This document shows, one piece after another, positions 60,021-64,000 of a stretch of 64,000 nt of DNA. The stretch's first letter is position 1; the number at the start of each line of letters is the position of its first letter. The translations under genes were made by a program, and so were the position numbers. The notes beneath the pieces were generated by a model, which was not told the DNA's origin, made no database searches, and saw nothing but the letters and a program-made list of their open reading frames with translations. This DNA is from Candidatus Nanoarchaeia archaeon (GTDB taxonomy: Archaea > Nanobdellota > Nanobdellia > SCGC-AAA011-G17 > JACPNG01), in contig JAQTMY010000001.1 in the NCBI GenBank assembly GCA_028714095.1, forward strand, positions 2,147 to 66,146. Direction: 5' to 3'.

Positions 60021-62795
60021 TTAAAATACTCCACAATCTTCTAACCACTTTCTAGTTGTCATCCGAATTAAAGAGTTTAAGCGAGGATTTTTAAGTTCAT
60101 AACCTCCCGAATCATCTGGTTTAGGTTCTCCTCCACTCCAGGGGAAATAAACTTTTGTTCTTTGTTTCAGAAATTTCTTTCCTAGTGATTCCCCTGCATT
60201 ATAATATAATGAAGACCAAAAAAAGATTTCATCATCAGTGAGTTTATTTAGTTCCTCTTCTCCATATAAATCTTTAAAATCTGATAGAAAACTATATTTT
60301 CTTTGAGCAAAAACGCCGGCAACAGCAATAAGCCCATCTCGCAATGTCTCAAACTCTGCAGGAGTTACTCTCTCAGTGTCTGCTTGATTCATTATAGACT
60401 TGATTGATTCTATCCTCAAAGTCGAGGGGATAAACCTCCCATCCATAAGTCTCCTTTGTTCATTCTTGTCTCCCAATGTATCCAACCCAAGATAAAGATA
60501 TCCTCCCGCTGGAACATTATGCCCAAAGTAATATGTTGAAACTACAGCCCCCCCTTCAGCCATATAAGTAACAAACACCTCGGAAGGGGCCACTTTAATC
60601 CCATATTTATTATTATTAGCAGAGTCAGAAGCCTCATATATCCACCTTGCCAAATCATCTTCTACATATTTTTCATTTAAGAATCCAAAATAAGATCTTG
60701 GCCTCACCCCCCACTGCTCTTGAATATTTTTTTTAACATTTTTTATTACAATCGGATCAACATCAATACCTCGCTGGATAGTCTTTTCCCAAGGGTAACT
60801 AACATCCAAAATAACCCCTCCTTCTTTGTTAGAAAGTAAAAACTCATCAAGTACATATTGGTTATTAAGAACAAAATCATAAGAAACTAGGTCTGGGTTT
60901 TCCTTATTAAAAGAGAATAGTACATCTTCTTCACTGGAAGAAACTTTTACTCTACCATCGGTCAGTTCCACATCTCCTTCAACACTAATATCAAAAGGAT
61001 ATCCAAACAAGTATTTGGAAACCTTCTCCTGATTGTATATCGCTTCTTCATCTAACCTTGCATTATTTTCTTCATCCTCTTCCTCATCCATTCCAAGTAT
61101 ATTATAATGGAGAGTCTCCCCCACTCTCTCAGCCTCAATATTTAAAGGAAAAAAAGGCAGCATATAATCATCATCATACTTAATATTGTTTCTAACATAA
61201 TCTTCTCTTAAATCTCTCAGATTAGCAGGGACTAGCAGATTTCCGGTTTTGCTTCTTATTGAATCTCCATTCCATTCTTCCGTGATTATAGAATTTTTCA
61301 TTACATTATAATATCCTGTAAGCTGGAAATAAAAAAAGCAAGAATCTAAAATAGGGCCCACTTCTTCTGCAGATAATTTTTCCTCAAGAACGGAGTGTAT
61401 ACTTGATGCACCACCCCCCCCATACACAACCTTGATCTTTGGATAATAAACCTCTTCTACCTTTTCCAATTCCTCTTTTCCATACGTTGTCTCCAGTTTT
61501 TTAATTTCAGAATCAATAATAGATTCAAATTCTTCACGATTCTGTATTACTTTCGAATTAAGCAATTCCTCCCAAAAATTATACTGATGCAAAGCTTCTG
61601 AACCCCCAGCAACAGAAAAATCATACATAGTTTTATCCTTACCCAGGTCATTATAGGTTTCCTTTAAGGCTTCATCCAAACCTTCACCGGAATCAATATA
61701 CGTTTTTAGTTTAGCTAGCATCCAGAAAATAGGTTTTTTATCTCTCTGCTCCTGGTTTATTCCTTCTTTTTTGTTAATCTCAATTCTCCCTCCGTTAACA
61801 GACACCTCAAAGAGGGTTTTTTTAGTTAAGGGAGACGCATAAATTATGATACTATCTATGAACTCTGGGAATATTTTATTTCCCTCCACTAGATTAAAGC
61901 TAAAGCCAGAACCCCCAGCCCAAATCTTTGCAGATCCCTGTGCAAAATAGTTCTCATCTTCATGTTTTGAATAATCAAAATTATTATCATAGTACATATT
62001 TACTTCAGGGCCCTTTACCCTAAAAATAAATCCATTAAAATCAACTTTTGTATTACTTGAAATCTTATCCAATTTTCCATTTAAAATCGTAATTGAACCA
62101 GAGCCCTTCTCTAACCCCCCCACCTTAATAGAATCTTCTCCTAAAAATGCACGGAAATGTCCAGTAATCTGGTTTCCTTTTATAACTAATTTACCATCAA
62201 TAATCTCAAGGTCCTTAATTCCAAAAAGTTTTCCTTCAGGGATAACGGATAAATCTATTTTCTTACCTAACAATTCAGATTCAAGGACCTCCCCCTCTCC
62301 ATTAAGTTTTATCCAACTGTTGGGATCAAAATTTTTAGAATCATAGAGAGATTTCAAAATAATCTTTTCTTCCTTACCATCTTTTTCAACAACCTTTTCA
62401 ATATTTAATTCAATTGATCCCTCTTTTTTTAAGGTTATTTTTGTGAGTCCATCTTGTTTTTCAAATCTAACATTCCTAACAATAATCCAAGAATCTTTCA
62501 GCTTAATTCCAACCAGATTCCCAAGGGTTAAGGAATTCTTAACATCTATACTCGCATCAACAACCTTTCCTTTTTCATCAACAACCAAATTTCCAATTTT
62601 AACTCCACTTTTTAAAAATCCCTTAATCTGATTATATACCCCCACTAATTGGGTAGGAACCTCTTGCTCACCAGATTGATCTTCTAAAATAAGATTTCCA
62701 GAAGGATCAACCCTTAAAAAAAACTGGGAATCTCCAGTTACGATCGGGAGTACAATCAAAATACAAACAATCCCAAAAAGACACTTTCTTATCAT
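60021..62795 (-). CDS. giant (924 aa) secreted protein of unknown function
   Basis: Sec signal peptide MIRKCLFGIVCILIVLPIVTG. ATGA-coupled to the upstream pilin-like gene. Confidence 0.5.
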   Translation of the reverse strand: MIRKCLFGIVCILIVLPIVTGDSQFFLRVDPSGNLILEDQSGEQEVPTQLVGVYNQIKGFLKSGVKIGNLVVDEKGKVVDASIDVKNSLTLGNLVGIKLKDSWIIVRNVRFEKQDGLTKITLKKEGSIELNIEKVVEKDGKEEKIILKSLYDSKNFDPNSWIKLNGEGEVLESELLGKKIDLSVIPEGKLFGIKDLEIIDGKLVIKGNQITGHFRAFLGEDSIKVGGLEKGSGSITILNGKLDKISSNTKVDFNGFIFRVKGPEVNMYYDNNFDYSKHEDENYFAQGSAKIWAGGSGFSFNLVEGNKIFPEFIDSIIIYASPLTKKTLFEVSVNGGRIEINKKEGINQEQRDKKPIFWMLAKLKTYIDSGEGLDEALKETYNDLGKDKTMYDFSVAGGSEALHQYNFWEELLNSKVIQNREEFESIIDSEIKKLETTYGKEELEKVEEVYYPKIKVVYGGGGASSIHSVLEEKLSAEEVGPILDSCFFYFQLTGYYNVMKNSIITEEWNGDSIRSKTGNLLVPANLRDLREDYVRNNIKYDDDYMLPFFPLNIEAERVGETLHYNILGMDEEEDEENNARLDEEAIYNQEKVSKYLFGYPFDISVEGDVELTDGRVKVSSSEEDVLFSFNKENPDLVSYDFVLNNQYVLDEFLLSNKEGGVILDVSYPWEKTIQRGIDVDPIVIKNVKKNIQEQWGVRPRSYFGFLNEKYVEDDLARWIYEASDSANNNKYGIKVAPSEVFVTYMAEGGAVVSTYYFGHNVPAGGYLYLGLDTLGDKNEQRRLMDGRFIPSTLRIESIKSIMNQADTERVTPAEFETLRDGLIAVAGVFAQRKYSFLSDFKDLYGEEELNKLTDDEIFFWSSLYYNAGESLGKKFLKQRTKVYFPWSGGEPKPDDSGGYELKNPRLNSLIRMTTRKWLEDCGVF

Positions 62796-63535
62796 TTCTT
62801 AATTAAGAATCTAAACTCCTCCTTAGTTCTTTTACTAATAAGAGATAATGTTAACGAATCTGGATCTTCAAGCAAATTCAGAGAAGGGGATACTTCAATA
62901 ATAAAATTTGATTTGGATAAGTCTTCCAAGCAGGTTATACAAACCCCTTCTATATTATTTTTTGAATAATAATCTACTAAATCTTCAGATAATTTATGCA
63001 AGTCCTTAATATCCGAATCAACAAACTCCTCAGCTTCCAGATTAAATTTTTGATAAGAACTCCCATTAATAAAGAGGTTATAACCCAAAGCAAGCTTAAC
63101 CTTATCATAATCTATCTCTACGCTTACTCCCTCCGCCAGAAGTTCAAAATCCGTACTATTTCCCGCTAAAGAGATTGAACTCAAACATCCCTTAATATTT
63201 TCATTGATATACCCAGAAGTTTCATCCTCAATCCTATTAACTGAAGGGATATACTTATTCTTACTAACAGAATAATATGGAATATCCAAAAGTGCAGATT
63301 TTAGAACTTCGTTTGGAATTTTATAATAACCCCCGTGCCTAGTCACATATAGCAAAGCCTTCTCTCCTATTTCCTTCAAGCAAGATTTAACATAAGGATT
63401 AAATTTCTCAAGCATAAGAGAGTTCATATCTGATTGATTTCGGGAATTTTCCCTAAAAAACAAAAACAAACCAACCACAACCAATATTAGGATTCCAATG
63501 ATAACAAATAAAGTAATCTGCCCTCTTTTCTGCAT
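62792..63535 (-). CDS. class III signal peptide (pilin-like) protein, 247 aa, paralog of 26103..26909
   Basis: MQKRGQ|ITLFVIIGILILVVVGLFLFF. Confidence 0.6.
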   Translation of the reverse strand: MQKRGQITLFVIIGILILVVVGLFLFFRENSRNQSDMNSLMLEKFNPYVKSCLKEIGEKALLYVTRHGGYYKIPNEVLKSALLDIPYYSVSKNKYIPSVNRIEDETSGYINENIKGCLSSISLAGNSTDFELLAEGVSVEIDYDKVKLALGYNLFINGSSYQKFNLEAEEFVDSDIKDLHKLSEDLVDYYSKNNIEGVCITCLEDLSKSNFIIEVSPSLNLLEDPDSLTLSLISKRTKEEFRFLIKK

Positions 63536-63801
63536 ACACTAAACTAAATTTGGAAATATAAAAGACTTTCTATAAAGAAGACCCTATAAATGTGTAACTT
63601 ATGAGTAACAACAAAACAAAAGGTTTATAAATCTAGATTATCTATGAAATCTATTAAAAATTAACTTATTCCGTAGCATCATAAAGGAGGATTACAAATT
63701 TCCGCCATTGGGGTGGAAGACCTTCTTTTTGTTTCGATCCTAATATTTTAGACTTCTTAGCTAAAATTAAAAGCTAAGGAAGAGTTAAAAAAGGAGAAAA
63801 G

Positions 63802-64000
63802 ATGACAACTCAAATATTAATGATAATGATAGGTATTGCTATCACAATCCTGATAATCAGGGTAGTTGTAATTATACTACACCAATCCCTCTCAAGGAGA
63901 CAACGTAAGAACATCCTCAATGACCCAAGAATTGCTAACCAGATCAAAATATGGATTGAAAATGGGATGAAACCTACTGGGCGATTCCTCCCAGAACCCT
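63802..64000 (+). CDS. small membrane protein, 5' part (runs off window)
   Basis: AAGGAGA RBS, then MTTQILMIMIGIAITILIIRVVVIILHQSLSRRQRKN... Confidence 0.25.
   Translation, partial: MTTQILMIMIGIAITILIIRVVVIILHQSLSRRQRKNILNDPRIANQIKIWIENGMKPTGRFLPEP

Overview
AT-rich (roughly 30% GC), gene-dense archaeal fragment. Archaeal origin is supported by PCNA, TFS, RpoL, aMBF1, aRF1, the r-proteins S19e/L39e/L31e, an AglB N-terminus and many class III (prepilin-type) signal peptides. Short overlapping genes and the low GC suggest a small-genome, DPANN-like lineage, but this is inference. Layout of the window: (1) 1-17.8 kb is an N-glycosylation / cell-surface glycan locus. It starts with a partial aglB and carries a fused sugar nucleotidyltransferase-DegT aminotransferase, a second DegT-like gene, an LbH acetyltransferase, a FemAB-like acyltransferase, Dol-P-sugar-synthase-like GT2, GT4, UbiA, a B12-radical-SAM gene and several GT-C-like membrane proteins. 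(2) 17.8-20.1 kb encodes a highly expressed S-layer-like protein. (3) 20.4-30.3 kb is a tightly coupled minus-strand operon of four class III signal-peptide (pilin-like) proteins interleaved with two paralogous, giant, cysteine-rich secreted proteins. (4) 30.7-50 kb is an information-processing stretch (PCNA, TFS, signal peptidase, RpoL, AMMECR1, MBF1, ScpB, aRF1, a class Ia aaRS) plus a second GT2 + 2x GT-C cluster and a 1.3 kb GC-rich structured non-coding region. (5) 50-58 kb holds a roughly 2050-aa phage-tail-fibre-like surface protein. It has Cys-rich N-terminal modules, 39-42-aa tandem repeats, a BNR/Asp-box propeller, a peptidase-S74-type intramolecular-chaperone autoprocessing domain and an extremely N-glycosylation-sequon-dense tail. 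Its reading frame is broken by a single in-frame TGA inside the repeat array, and it is flanked by small secreted or anchored Cys-rich proteins. (6) tRNA-Phe(GAA), a pilin-like gene and S19e/L39e/L31e follow. (7) 60-63.5 kb is a second pair of a pilin-like protein and a giant secreted protein. No CRISPR array, cas genes, integrase or transposase were recognised. The most interesting content is the recurring module of a class III signal-peptide protein translationally coupled to a giant secreted protein, and the tail-fibre-like giant protein.
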